DNA from: Candidatus Marinacidobacterales bacterium | GTDB lineage: Bacteria; Acidobacteriota; Vicinamibacteria; Marinacidobacterales; SMYC01 | DNA: 64,000 bases | Direction: 5' to 3' | NCBI GenBank assembly: GCA_965224085.1 | Contig: CBDCYI010000011.1 | Coordinates: 1,344,001-1,408,000, forward strand | In this document: piece by piece, positions 47,069 to 55,618 of the stretch | Layout of the letters: every line of letters begins with the position of its first letter | Numbering within the stretch: position 1 is the stretch's first letter | Made by a program: the position numbers and the translations under genes | Notes under the pieces: model-generated | What the model saw: the letters and a program-made list of their open reading frames with translations, nothing else | Database searches by the model: none | Told to the model about the DNA's origin: nothing

Positions 47069-47599
47069 GGGATGGTCGAAACCCCTCGCCTTTAGGCGAA
47101 GAGAAGATCGTGGTATTGTGGTCGCGTGCGTCACTACAGGCACGGAGCGCACACGAAAACGGACCTAAAAGCGCACATCGTTTGGATACCGAAATATCGT
47201 AAAAAGGTTTTGATCGGTCCAGTAGCGGTTCGTGTGCGCGATCTGATTCGTCAGATCGCGATGGAACATGAGCTGCACATAATCTCGGGTAAGGTTGCAC
47301 GCGACCACGTCCACGTGTTCGTATCCTACCGACCACACCAGGACCTGAGTACGATCGTGCAGTGGCTAAAAGGAATAAGCTCCCGAGTACTCCTTCAGGA
47401 GTTTGCTCACCTGAGGAAGAAGTTTTGGGGCCGGCACTTCTGGGCCCGAGGATATCTGGCGGTGAGTTCAGGAAGCATAACGGACGAGATGGTAAAGGAG
47501 TACATAGACTCCCAGGATGGCGAGCCTCTTCACGACGACAGTCAATTTCCAATTGACAGCCCTTGAAGCCACCGCCTTCTAGGCGGTGGTTGTTCACTT
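47069..47599 (+). mobile_element. IS200/IS605 family element, tnpA only (copy 2)
   Basis: Direct repeat of 44873-45403; one difference noticed (44955 g vs 47151 a). Confidence 0.93.
47126..47566 (+). CDS. tnpA: IS200-family Y1 (HUH) transposase
   Basis: As copy 1 except His instead of Arg at residue 9. Confidence 0.96.
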   Translation: MRHYRHGAHTKTDLKAHIVWIPKYRKKVLIGPVAVRVRDLIRQIAMEHELHIISGKVARDHVHVFVSYRPHQDLSTIVQWLKGISSRVLLQEFAHLRKKFWGRHFWARGYLAVSSGSITDEMVKEYIDSQDGEPLHDDSQFPIDSP

Positions 47600-47696
47600 T
47601 TCTCCCGTCGTTGGGTTTTGCGACGGGTTATTCTAATCGAACGTACGAACTGGGCTCAAGCGTCGCGTGCAAAAACTTGCATCGCCGCGGGTGGAG

Positions 47697-48452
47697 CTAT
47701 TTCGTGCCGTTGAAGCGCAGGTCCCACGACTCGAGCTCGTCGAGCGCTTTGTAATTCGTGAAGTCGAATTGGAGCGGCGTGACAGAGATGTAGTGGTTAC
47801 GGAGTGCATGAATGTCCGACATCCCGTTTTTTTCCCAGCGGCTGAAGCCTTGCTTGATCCAGTAGTAGACGCGTGACCGCGGGTCGACGCGCTCTTCGAC
47901 TTTGGCCCAGTAGTCGCGCCGTCCTTGGCTCGTGACGCGGACACCGTGAACCTTTCCTCTGGGGACGTTGACGTTCAAGAAGGTCCTCCGGTTCCATTCC
48001 TTTTTCTCGACCATGGTGCGAACGATCTCGGAGGCGAAGCCTGCCGCGGCACTGTAGTCGGCGTCTTCGTCCTTGCTGGCGAGCGAGACCGCGATCGACG
48101 GAACGCCTAGCATCGCGGCTTCACGCGCACCCGCCACCGTTCCCGAGTAAGCGATGTCATCACCTACGTTCGCGCCGTGATTGATGCCCGAGACAACGAT
48201 GTCGGGGGGGTGGGGCAGAAGCTTCCCAACGGCCAAGTTCACACAGTCCGCGGGTGTGCCTTCAACGAAGAACGTCCGGGCTTCGAGGTGCTCGAATCGC
48301 AGCGGCGCCGAAATCGTGAGCGCGTGGCTCACGGCGCTCATCTCGCGCAAAGGCGCCACGATGGTGACTTCGCCCAATTCTCGAAGTCTCTCGGCAAGCG
48401 CCTTGATCCCGGGCGCGTGCACGCCGTCATCGTTCGTGACCAGGATATTCAG
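47697..48452 (-). CDS. surE: 5'/3'-nucleotidase SurE (probable non-canonical start)
   Basis: ILVTNDDG, GTPADCV, SGINHGAN.G...YSGT, NVNVP, SVTPL; the NDDG motif lies upstream of the first GTG. Confidence 0.93.
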   Translation of the reverse strand: MNILVTNDDGVHAPGIKALAERLRELGEVTIVAPLREMSAVSHALTISAPLRFEHLEARTFFVEGTPADCVNLAVGKLLPHPPDIVVSGINHGANVGDDIAYSGTVAGAREAAMLGVPSIAVSLASKDEDADYSAAAGFASEIVRTMVEKKEWNRRTFLNVNVPRGKVHGVRVTSQGRRDYWAKVEERVDPRSRVYYWIKQGFSRWEKNGMSDIHALRNHYISVTPLQFDFTNYKALDELESWDLRFNGTK

Positions 48453-48541
48453 AATGGCGACACTCCTTCCGTGTTGGCCGTTTGGAGCTCGAAGCTCGGT
48501 AGCGTCCCTTCAACTACCCATCAGAAACGTTGGGTTCAGAA

Positions 48542-48618
48542 TGGTCGGGACGGCCGGATTTGAACCGACGACCACTTGCACCCCAAGCAAGTGCGCTACC
48601 AGGCTGCGCTACGTCCCG
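48542..48618 (-). tRNA. tRNA-Pro (anticodon GGG)
   Basis: cgggacg..cgtcccg acceptor stem, loop ttggggt, ggttcaaatcc, encoded CCA. Confidence 0.96.
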
Positions 48619-48692
48619 ATCCCATTCCGCATACTGCGCCGTCCTCGTGGAAGGTTCCGCGACGATAGCACGTCGTCAGATCACGGTCAACG

Positions 48693-49088
48693 CTACTTCT
48701 CGCTCGCTTTCAAATCGCGGTCGAGCATATCGAGTATTCCGTGCAGCTCTGCCTTGATCTCTTTGACTTCGTGTTCGAACGTCGCCTCACCGTTCGATTT
48801 ATTCGCTGCCGGTGTTGCCACCGCGCCTTTTAACTGTTCTTTCATTTCCTGCTCCAGCTTTTTCTTAGCCCCCGCGATCGTGAATCCCTCTTCGTATAAG
48901 AGCGTTTTGATCCGCTGGATCGTCTCGATGTCGCGACGGCGATAAATCCGCTGGCCGGAATTGTTCTTGGCGGGTGCGAGTGCCGGAAACTCCGACTCCC
49001 AGTATCGAAGCACATAAGGTTGGGTGTCGGTGAGCTCGCACACCTCTCCGATTTTGAAAAAGAGCTTGCTTGGGATCTGGGAGTCCAC
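48693..49088 (-). CDS. MerR family regulator (ihfA-linked type)
   Basis: IPSKLFFKIGEV, YVLRYWESEF, LLYEEGFTIAGA. Confidence 0.92.
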   Translation of the reverse strand: MDSQIPSKLFFKIGEVCELTDTQPYVLRYWESEFPALAPAKNNSGQRIYRRRDIETIQRIKTLLYEEGFTIAGAKKKLEQEMKEQLKGAVATPAANKSNGEATFEHEVKEIKAELHGILDMLDRDLKASEK

Positions 49089-49104
49089 TAATGGCTCCCT
49101 GCTT

Positions 49105-49380
49105 TCACGAGAAGCCGTTCTGGAAATTCTTGGAGGGCCGGAAAACGACCGACTTGCGCGAGCGGATGGTCATCTCCTCCCCCGTTTGAGGGTTGCGCCC
49201 TTTGCGCTCCTTCTTCTCTCGCACGAGAAAAGTACCAAATCCACTGATTTGAACTTTGTCGCCGTCCCCAAGCCCTTCTTTGATGAGCGCGAGAATGAGG
49301 TCCACGAGCCTGGCAGCCTCCTTGTTCGAGATGCCACCATGCCGCTCGTAAACGACTCTTGCCAGGTCTGCCTTCGTCAT
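49105..49380 (-). CDS. ihfA: Integration host factor alpha-like protein
   Basis: MTKADL, ISGFGTF, GRNPQTGE, VVFRPS; ihfA-merR-tRNA-Pro synteny. Confidence 0.85.
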   Translation of the reverse strand: MTKADLARVVYERHGGISNKEAARLVDLILALIKEGLGDGDKVQISGFGTFLVREKKERKGRNPQTGEEMTIRSRKSVVFRPSKNFQNGFS

Positions 49381-49485
49381 GGAGCGTCAAGGATCCAGCT
49401 TTCAGACCACAAGAGTTAGGGCGACGTTGCTAATTCTTGACTTTAAGGATTAATAGGATAGAAGTTAAAACCACGTACCTAAAGT

Positions 49486-49513
49486 ATTATATGAGACCCT
49501 GAAATGAAGTCAA
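49486..49513 (-). promoter_or_regulatory. Putative sigma70 promoter for ihfA-merR
   Basis: TTGACT-16bp-TATAAT on the minus strand. Confidence 0.6.
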
Positions 49514-49519
49514 GCGTAA

Positions 49520-50869
49520 TCATTGGTCCTTTGACTGCTGGCGTTTTCGGATTGCCACGCGTATCGGGGTCCCTTCGAACCCGAAGGCCTCCCGCAGCCG
49601 GCGGGCGAGGTAGCGCGGGTAGGTCGCGTCGAGCTCGAAGCGGGCGCGATTCGAGAACACGACGAACCGTGGCGGAGCGACCCCGGTCTGGGCGGCGTAG
49701 TAAAAACGTACCTCTTTGCCATCCCGGGCCCGGGGCGGCAAACGCTCGGCAGCCGTCTCCAAGAAACAATTCAGCTGCGGGGTTGGAACACGCAGGAGTT
49801 GCTGTTCGCGGACCGCGCGGATCCTCGGAAAGAGCCCCGTCATGCCACGCCCCGTCAGCGCGGAGAGAAAAACGATGGGAGCAAAGGAGAGATGCGGAAG
49901 CTTTTCGCGGGCGTCGAGCTCGAGCTCTTTGGCTTCGGCTTCGCGGCCGTCCACGAGGTCCCACTTGTTGAAAACGATCACGACGCCGCACCCCGCTTTC
50001 TCGATCTTGGCGCCGATGGATGCGTCTTCCGTGGTCACGCCTGCCGTCGCATCGAATACGAGCAGGCAGATTTGCGCGCGCTCGATGGCGCGCTCGGCAT
50101 AGATGACGCCCATCCGGTCCGCTTGGCTCGGCGTCTTCCCTTTCCGCCTTATGCCAGCCGTGTCGACGAAGCGGTAGGTATCGCCTTTCACGGTGAGGAC
50201 GGTATCTACGGCATCCCGCGTGGTTCCCGCCATTGCGCTCACGACCGCGCGCTCCGCACCGACGAGCCGGTTGAGTAGCGACGACTTCCCTACGTTCGGC
50301 CGCCCGGTGATGGCGACGCGCCGCTCGTCGATGTCCTCCGCCTCTTCGATGTCCGGGATTTCTGGAACTTTGGAGAGGAGCTCGATCATCGCGTCCATGA
50401 GCTCCGCGACGCCAAGTCCATGCTCCGCCGAGGTTTCAAAGAGGTCAGAAAACCCGAGTCGGTGAAACTCAGCCGCCTCCGGGATGTGCTTCGCTTCGTC
50501 GATCTTGTTCACGACGAGCATCACGCGGTCGGAAATCTTGCGCAACCTCTTCGCGATGTATTGTTCTTCGGCTAGAAGCCCTGCGCGTCCATCGACGACC
50601 CAGCATACGAGCGCGGCGCGCTCGATCGCGGTGTCGACTTGCGCGCCGACCTGCTCGTCGAGCGGCGTCTCTGCGTCTTGCATGATCCCGCCCGTGTCCA
50701 CGAGCTCGAAGCTTCGTCCTCCCCACGCAACGATCACGGTGTTGCGGTCACGCGTTGAGCCGGCGACGCGATCCACGATCGCTTTGCGCGATCCGTTCAT
50801 ACGGTTGAAAAGGGTCGATTTACCGACATTGGGGCGACCCACGATCGCGACTCTCGGTAGCGTTTTCAC
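49520..50869 (-). CDS. der: Ribosome biogenesis GTPase Der (EngA)
   Basis: Two GRPNVGKS G-domains, DTGG/DTAG, FGFEGTPI. Confidence 0.96.
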   Translation of the reverse strand: MKTLPRVAIVGRPNVGKSTLFNRMNGSRKAIVDRVAGSTRDRNTVIVAWGGRSFELVDTGGIMQDAETPLDEQVGAQVDTAIERAALVCWVVDGRAGLLAEEQYIAKRLRKISDRVMLVVNKIDEAKHIPEAAEFHRLGFSDLFETSAEHGLGVAELMDAMIELLSKVPEIPDIEEAEDIDERRVAITGRPNVGKSSLLNRLVGAERAVVSAMAGTTRDAVDTVLTVKGDTYRFVDTAGIRRKGKTPSQADRMGVIYAERAIERAQICLLVFDATAGVTTEDASIGAKIEKAGCGVVIVFNKWDLVDGREAEAKELELDAREKLPHLSFAPIVFLSALTGRGMTGLFPRIRAVREQQLLRVPTPQLNCFLETAAERLPPRARDGKEVRFYYAAQTGVAPPRFVVFSNRARFELDATYPRYLARRLREAFGFEGTPIRVAIRKRQQSKDQ

Positions 50870-50984
50870 CCCATATCTCCTTGATCTAAAAAGACTTCCG
50901 AAAGAAGCGATTATATCACTGCGGGGCCAGACGTAAGGAGCAGCCTAACTCGAACGTTTAGAGCATGATAAGAGGAGATGAGGC

Positions 50985-51013
50985 TTGACACGTCCCGGCC
51001 CGGTTCCTATAAT
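50985..51013 (+). promoter_or_regulatory. Consensus sigma70 promoter of the HU gene
   Basis: TTGACA-17bp-TATAAT, with ggagg RBS before ATG 51040. Confidence 0.85.
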
Positions 51014-51039
51014 GATTCCGTATCCCTTGGGAGGTCAAT

Positions 51040-51309
51040 ATGATAAAGGTGGACATCATCAACGAGGTGTCCGCTACCGCAAGCATCACGAAAGTGAAAG
51101 CGGAACAAGCTGTGGAGGCGGTGCTGGACGCGATGAAGAACTCGATGAAGCGCGGCGAGCGCATCGAGCTTCGCGGCTTTGGGGTATTTCAGGTGAAACC
51201 CAGAAAGCGCGGAATCGGTCGCAACCCGCGCACGGGCAAAGAAGTTCGCATCCCGCCCGGCCGAACGATCCGGTTCAAACCTGGCAAAGACCTCCAGAAC
51301 ATACCCTAG
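51040..51309 (+). CDS. hup: HU/IHF family DNA-binding protein
   Basis: IELRGFGVF, GRNPRTG, RFKPGK. Confidence 0.9.
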   Translation: MIKVDIINEVSATASITKVKAEQAVEAVLDAMKNSMKRGERIELRGFGVFQVKPRKRGIGRNPRTGKEVRIPPGRTIRFKPGKDLQNIP

Positions 51310-51499
51310 GGCACCTAGCGTAGACGACTGGAGCCGCGCGCGCTTACCGCGGCGGACGGCATAGAATCGGGCACGAACTCTGTCCCTCCGGCATCTTATC
51401 GTTCTCGTCCTGTTTCGGTTCGCAACGAGCCGTGCGCTCCCCCTTTTTTTCTTCTTCCTCACGGTTGCCTCGACGCTCTATGTCGGCGGCTATCACGGT

Positions 51500-52318
51500 T
51501 TGGGGTTCTGGGCTCCCGAACGCTTGGCGAAAGACTCAGTCTCTCTTCGAGACTGGTTGGTGTACAGTTTTCCTTTCAGCTTCACTATCCTCGCGATCAT
51601 CGGGACGCACGAGATGGGGCACTACCTCACAGCGAAGCGCTACCGAGTAGAGACATCTCTTCCAGTCTTCGTGCCGTTTCCTATCTCTCTCATCGGTACG
51701 CTCGGCGCCTTCATATTGATCAAATCGCCGTTTCCGAACCGGCGTTCACTGATCGATATTGGGCTCGCGGGTCCCTTTGCGGGATTCGTCGTGTGCGTGC
51801 CCGCACTCCTCATCGGGGTCGCAACCTCACGTCCTAGCGTCGAGACAGCTTCCGGAGGCATCGGGCTGGGCCTGCCCCTGCTTTTCCAAGGGGCGGTCAA
51901 GCTGCTGTGGCCGGATCTCCCGGACGATCAGAATTTTCTTGTCAGCCCGATAGGGCTCGCAGCGTGGTTCGGGCTACTCCTGACGGCAATCAACCTACTC
52001 CCCATCGGCCAGCTCGACGGCGGGCACGCGAGCTATGTGCTCTTCCGCGAGAAAGCGCATCGGCTGTCGTCTATTTTCTTCTCCATTCTTTTGCTGCTTG
52101 CTATCCTCACGCCGTCATGGCTCTTCTTCGCTCTGCTCGCCTATGCGATCGGCATCCGCCGCCCGCACCCAAAAACCCTGTTCGACAACGAGCCTCTGCC
52201 GCGAAGTCGCTTCGTGATGGGCATCCTCGCCCTTGTCACGTTCGCGCTTTGCTTCACGCCCGAGCCAATCCAGATCTCGTGGAGTGACTTCCCCGACGCG
52301 TTCCGCGAGCTCTCTTAG
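51500..52318 (+). CDS. Site-2 protease (M50) family metalloprotease
   Basis: HEMGH, GTLGAFI, IGLAGP, NLLPIGQLDGGH; the true start is probably further upstream (in-frame TM FFFFLTVAST at about 51446). Confidence 0.88.
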   Translation: MGFWAPERLAKDSVSLRDWLVYSFPFSFTILAIIGTHEMGHYLTAKRYRVETSLPVFVPFPISLIGTLGAFILIKSPFPNRRSLIDIGLAGPFAGFVVCVPALLIGVATSRPSVETASGGIGLGLPLLFQGAVKLLWPDLPDDQNFLVSPIGLAAWFGLLLTAINLLPIGQLDGGHASYVLFREKAHRLSSIFFSILLLLAILTPSWLFFALLAYAIGIRRPHPKTLFDNEPLPRSRFVMGILALVTFALCFTPEPIQISWSDFPDAFRELS

Positions 52319-52324
52319 TCTCCT

Positions 52325-54775
52325 TCATGAAAGCGTCATCGGGTCCACGTCGACGAGCATCACGCGCGCGAGTGTCTCGTCTTTCAAAAGCCCGCGCAGC
52401 CAATGCCGGAGCCGCGCGTGCTCGCGGCGCGGAAGCTTGATCAGAATCTGACACCGATAGCGACCCGCGACTTTCGAGCGGACGGCAAAAGCCGGGCCGA
52501 GAATGCGTACGCCCGCGACCGGCTCTCGCTCGAGAAAGCTCGCCGCGCGTCGCGCCTCTGCTGTCGCTTCTCGCATCGAGCGGCCTTCAACAATGATGTT
52601 GATGACGCTCACCGCGGGCGGGTACAAAAGCGCGCGCCGAAACTTGCGCTCGGACTCGTAGAAGCCCTGATAGTCCTGCGCTTGGGCGAACTGTAAGCTG
52701 TAGTGATCGGGCTGGTAGGTCTGGATGAGCACTTCCCCCGTACGGTCACCTCGACCAGCGCGGCCCGCCACCTGCGTCAAAAGCTGGAAAGTTCGCTCCG
52801 CGGCCCGAAAATCGGGAGCGCCAAGACCGTTATCCGCGCCCAGGACACCCACGAGTGTGACCGCGGGAAAATCGTGCCCCTTCGCCAACATCTGAGTCCC
52901 GACGAGCACGTCGATCTCACGCGACGCGAACTTCGCAAGGAGCGACTCGTAGCCCCCTTTGCGCCGCATCGTGTCGCGGTCCATGCGAGCGACGCGGCTT
53001 TCGGGAAACATCTCTTTCACGAGGGTTTCGAGCCGCTCCGTCCCGTAGCCCACCGAACGCAAGTACTCCCCTTCGCAGACATCGCACTTCGTCGGCTTCG
53101 GCCGCCCGAGTCCGCAATAGTGACAGACCGCGAGCGTCCCACCCTTGTGAAGCGTCATCGCTACGCTGCACTCACTGCACATCAGGGCGACGCCGCACTG
53201 TCGGCAAAGAAGCTGGCCGGCGAAGCCTCTTCGGTTCAGGAGCAAGAGTGCCTGCTCGTCTGCGTTGAGACGTTGTTCGAGCGCGCCTCGGAGTGGCGCC
53301 GAGATCACTGTGTTGGGGCCCTCTTCCCGCACCACCTCCTTCATGTCTATGAGCTCCACCGCCGCCAGGGGCCGGCTCGCAATACGCTCGGGTAAGCTGA
53401 CCAACCGATAACGTCCTTCCAGAGCACGGGTGAACGTTTCTAGGGACGGTGTCGCGGAGCCGAGCACCACCACAGCGCCGTCGTCCCGCGCGCGCACGAT
53501 CGCGACGTCGCGTGCGTTATAGCGCGGGCTTTCTTCCTGCTTGTACGAGCCCTCGTGCTCTTCGTCCACGACGACGAGGCCGAGATTTTCGAGCGGCGCC
53601 AAGATAGCAGCCCGCGCACCCACGACGACGCGGGCCTCGCCATGACGTATACGCCACCACTCGTCCCGCCTCTCTCCGGACCCGAGCGCGCTGTGCAAGA
53701 TCGCAACGCGCTCGCCGAACCGGGAATAAAGAAGTGCCGCGAGCCGTGGCGTGAGCGCGATCTCGGGGACGAGGATAAGCACACTCCGGCCGCGTGCGAG
53801 CGCGTCCTCGGCCGCATGTAGATAGACTTCGGTCTTCCCGCTTCCGGTAACGCCGTGCAGCAGGAGAGGCTCGAAGCTCCCCTTTGCGAGCGCTTCCCGG
53901 ATCGCGATGACGGCAGCGCGTTGGCTCTCGGCAAGATCGAGCTTCACAGACGGTTCCGCGCCGAGGCGCCGCCAAGGTGTTTGAGGTACGGTTTGAGCGA
54001 CGAGCTCGATGTACCCTTTTTGAGAAAGCCGCGGAAACGGGCCTCGCTCGATGGAGAGCTCGTTGCGTATCGTATGTAGTGGAACGGGATCGGTGGCGAC
54101 CGACAGGAGCGTGAGGATTCGGGACGTCGTCGGGTGCAACTTTTCCGTTTCGAGCGCTCGGCGTCCACCTTCAGTGATGGCGGCCACGCGCATCGTGCGG
54201 CCGCCTTTCGTTCCGCTCGGCGCGCGGCATCGGACGAAGCCTTTTCTCAAAAGCGCTGCGATCGTCCCCGCGACATTCTTCTTCCCCACGGCCTTCGCGA
54301 TAGCGCGCGCCGTCATCGGGCGATCGAGCAGTTCGAGAACGCGTTTCGACAACCCCCTGACGTCCCCTATTTTGACGTCGCCCATTTTGACGTCGCCCAT
54401 TTCGCGGCGCTCATAGAGCGCTCTCTCCTCACGAGGTGTCTCGGGCGGCAACATACCGCGGCAAACGAGCCCGGGTGAAGCAAGGTAGTAATCCGCAATA
54501 AAGCGACTGAGCTCAAGCTGCGAAGGTGTCAACACCGGCTCTTCATCAAGAAGCGTCAAAAGCGGTTGCAACGTGATGTCGGATGGAAGCTCAGGCACCG
54601 TGTCCCCGACCTCGGTGATGCAGCCAATGAGCACGCGGTGCCCAAAGCGGACACGGACCCGCATCCCTGGCTGCGCACTCAAAAGAGGATCGGGAACCCC
54701 GTAGGAGAACGTCCGAAGGAGCGGAAGCGGAAGCCCGACCTCCGCGAAGGCGGAGAAGTTAGGAAGACTGCCCAT
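52325..54775 (-). CDS. priA: Primosomal protein N'
   Basis: GVTGSGKTEVY, DEEHE, LGSATPS, CxxC zinc motifs, GTQMLAKGHDF, QVAGRAGR. Confidence 0.96.
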   Translation of the reverse strand: MGSLPNFSAFAEVGLPLPLLRTFSYGVPDPLLSAQPGMRVRVRFGHRVLIGCITEVGDTVPELPSDITLQPLLTLLDEEPVLTPSQLELSRFIADYYLASPGLVCRGMLPPETPREERALYERREMGDVKMGDVKIGDVRGLSKRVLELLDRPMTARAIAKAVGKKNVAGTIAALLRKGFVRCRAPSGTKGGRTMRVAAITEGGRRALETEKLHPTTSRILTLLSVATDPVPLHTIRNELSIERGPFPRLSQKGYIELVAQTVPQTPWRRLGAEPSVKLDLAESQRAAVIAIREALAKGSFEPLLLHGVTGSGKTEVYLHAAEDALARGRSVLILVPEIALTPRLAALLYSRFGERVAILHSALGSGERRDEWWRIRHGEARVVVGARAAILAPLENLGLVVVDEEHEGSYKQEESPRYNARDVAIVRARDDGAVVVLGSATPSLETFTRALEGRYRLVSLPERIASRPLAAVELIDMKEVVREEGPNTVISAPLRGALEQRLNADEQALLLLNRRGFAGQLLCRQCGVALMCSECSVAMTLHKGGTLAVCHYCGLGRPKPTKCDVCEGEYLRSVGYGTERLETLVKEMFPESRVARMDRDTMRRKGGYESLLAKFASREIDVLVGTQMLAKGHDFPAVTLVGVLGADNGLGAPDFRAAERTFQLLTQVAGRAGRGDRTGEVLIQTYQPDHYSLQFAQAQDYQGFYESERKFRRALLYPPAVSVINIIVEGRSMREATAEARRAASFLEREPVAGVRILGPAFAVRSKVAGRYRCQILIKLPRREHARLRHWLRGLLKDETLARVMLVDVDPMTLS
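54358..54402. repeat. In-frame 15-bp tandem repeat x3 within priA
   Basis: tgacgtcccctattt tgacgtcgcccattt tgacgtcgcccattt, encoding MGDVK-MGDVK-IGDVR. Confidence 0.85.
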
Positions 54776-55466
54776 CGAGCAGTCGTCGAATGAGCTTCAT
54801 GTCCTGCCAGCACTCGCGCTTTTTTTCCGGATTACGAAGCAGATAGGCTGGATGAAGAGTCGGTACGAGCTTAGCACCGCGATACGGATAGATGCGGCCT
54901 CGAATGCGCGTGATCCCTTCATCCGTCCGAAGCAAATTCAACGCCGCGACCCGCCCAAGCGCACAGATGACTCTAGGACGAATAGCATCGACCTGCCGAT
55001 CAAGAAACGACCGACACTCCTCCACCTCCTCTGGCTCCGGGTCCCGATTCCGTGGCGGCCGACACTTCACAATATTCGCGATATAAACATCGTCTCGACT
55101 CAAATCAATAGCACTGATAATCTTCGTAAGAAGCTGCCCCGCAGGCCCAACAAAAGGAATTCCCTGCCGATCTTCTTCAAACCCCGGTCCTTCCCCAACA
55201 AACATCAAATCAGCGCTGGGATCACCAGCACCAAAAACAAGATTCGTCCGCTTCTTATGAAGCACACACCGAGTACATTCCCCAAGATCCGCCCGAACCT
55301 CGGAAAGCGTCTCCCGACCCCGAGGCGCCCTCTCCTGAACACCCGCGGAAAGCTCTTCCACCGGCGCCACCGCAACCGCTCGCCGCTCAAACCCAAGCTC
55401 CGTCATCGACCGATAGAACAAAATCCTCTCCCGAATTTGCCCCACGATCCAACTCCGTTCACTCAT
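54759..55466 (-). CDS. udg: Uracil-DNA glycosylase family 4
   Basis: CTRCVL Fe-S cysteines, VGEGPG.EED.QG.PFVGPAG, NIVKCRPP.NR.P, HPAYLLR. Confidence 0.95.
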   Translation of the reverse strand: MSERSWIVGQIRERILFYRSMTELGFERRAVAVAPVEELSAGVQERAPRGRETLSEVRADLGECTRCVLHKKRTNLVFGAGDPSADLMFVGEGPGFEEDRQGIPFVGPAGQLLTKIISAIDLSRDDVYIANIVKCRPPRNRDPEPEEVEECRSFLDRQVDAIRPRVICALGRVAALNLLRTDEGITRIRGRIYPYRGAKLVPTLHPAYLLRNPEKKRECWQDMKLIRRLLDGQSS

Positions 55467-55505
55467 GCTCTTCCACGCAAAGAAAAGAAACCAGTCACTC
55501 TTTTT

Positions 55506-55608
55506 TAACGCAACGAAGCAAAGGAAAGACTCTCAAAGTATCAAATCCACTCTCGTTTTTTGTGTCTTTCTTCTCTTCGCGCCTTCGCACCTCTGCGTCT
55601 TTGCGTTA
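55506..55608. repeat. REP/MITE-like element: 19-bp imperfect inverted repeat plus octamer tandem
   Basis: taacgcaacgaagcaaagg (55506-55524) vs cctctgcgtctttgcgtta (55590-55608), 3 mismatches; cttcgcgc-cttcgcac-ctctgcgt-ctttgcgt at 55575-55606. Confidence 0.7.
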
Positions 55609-55618
55609 CGCTTTTCTC

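Noticed and set aside
46680-47597. 305-aa ORF as one protein
   Set aside because: Same IS antisense frame joined to the DUF4870 gene, which has its own ATG at 47054
51328-51499. Phase variation of the site-2 protease at the C5T7 tract (about 51439-51450)
   Set aside because: A one-base change would join an upstream frame, but that frame also lacks a canonical start, so the case is too weak
54852-55508. K/R/P/N/T-rich 218-aa ORF opposite udg
   Set aside because: By-product of the A/C skew on the plus strand
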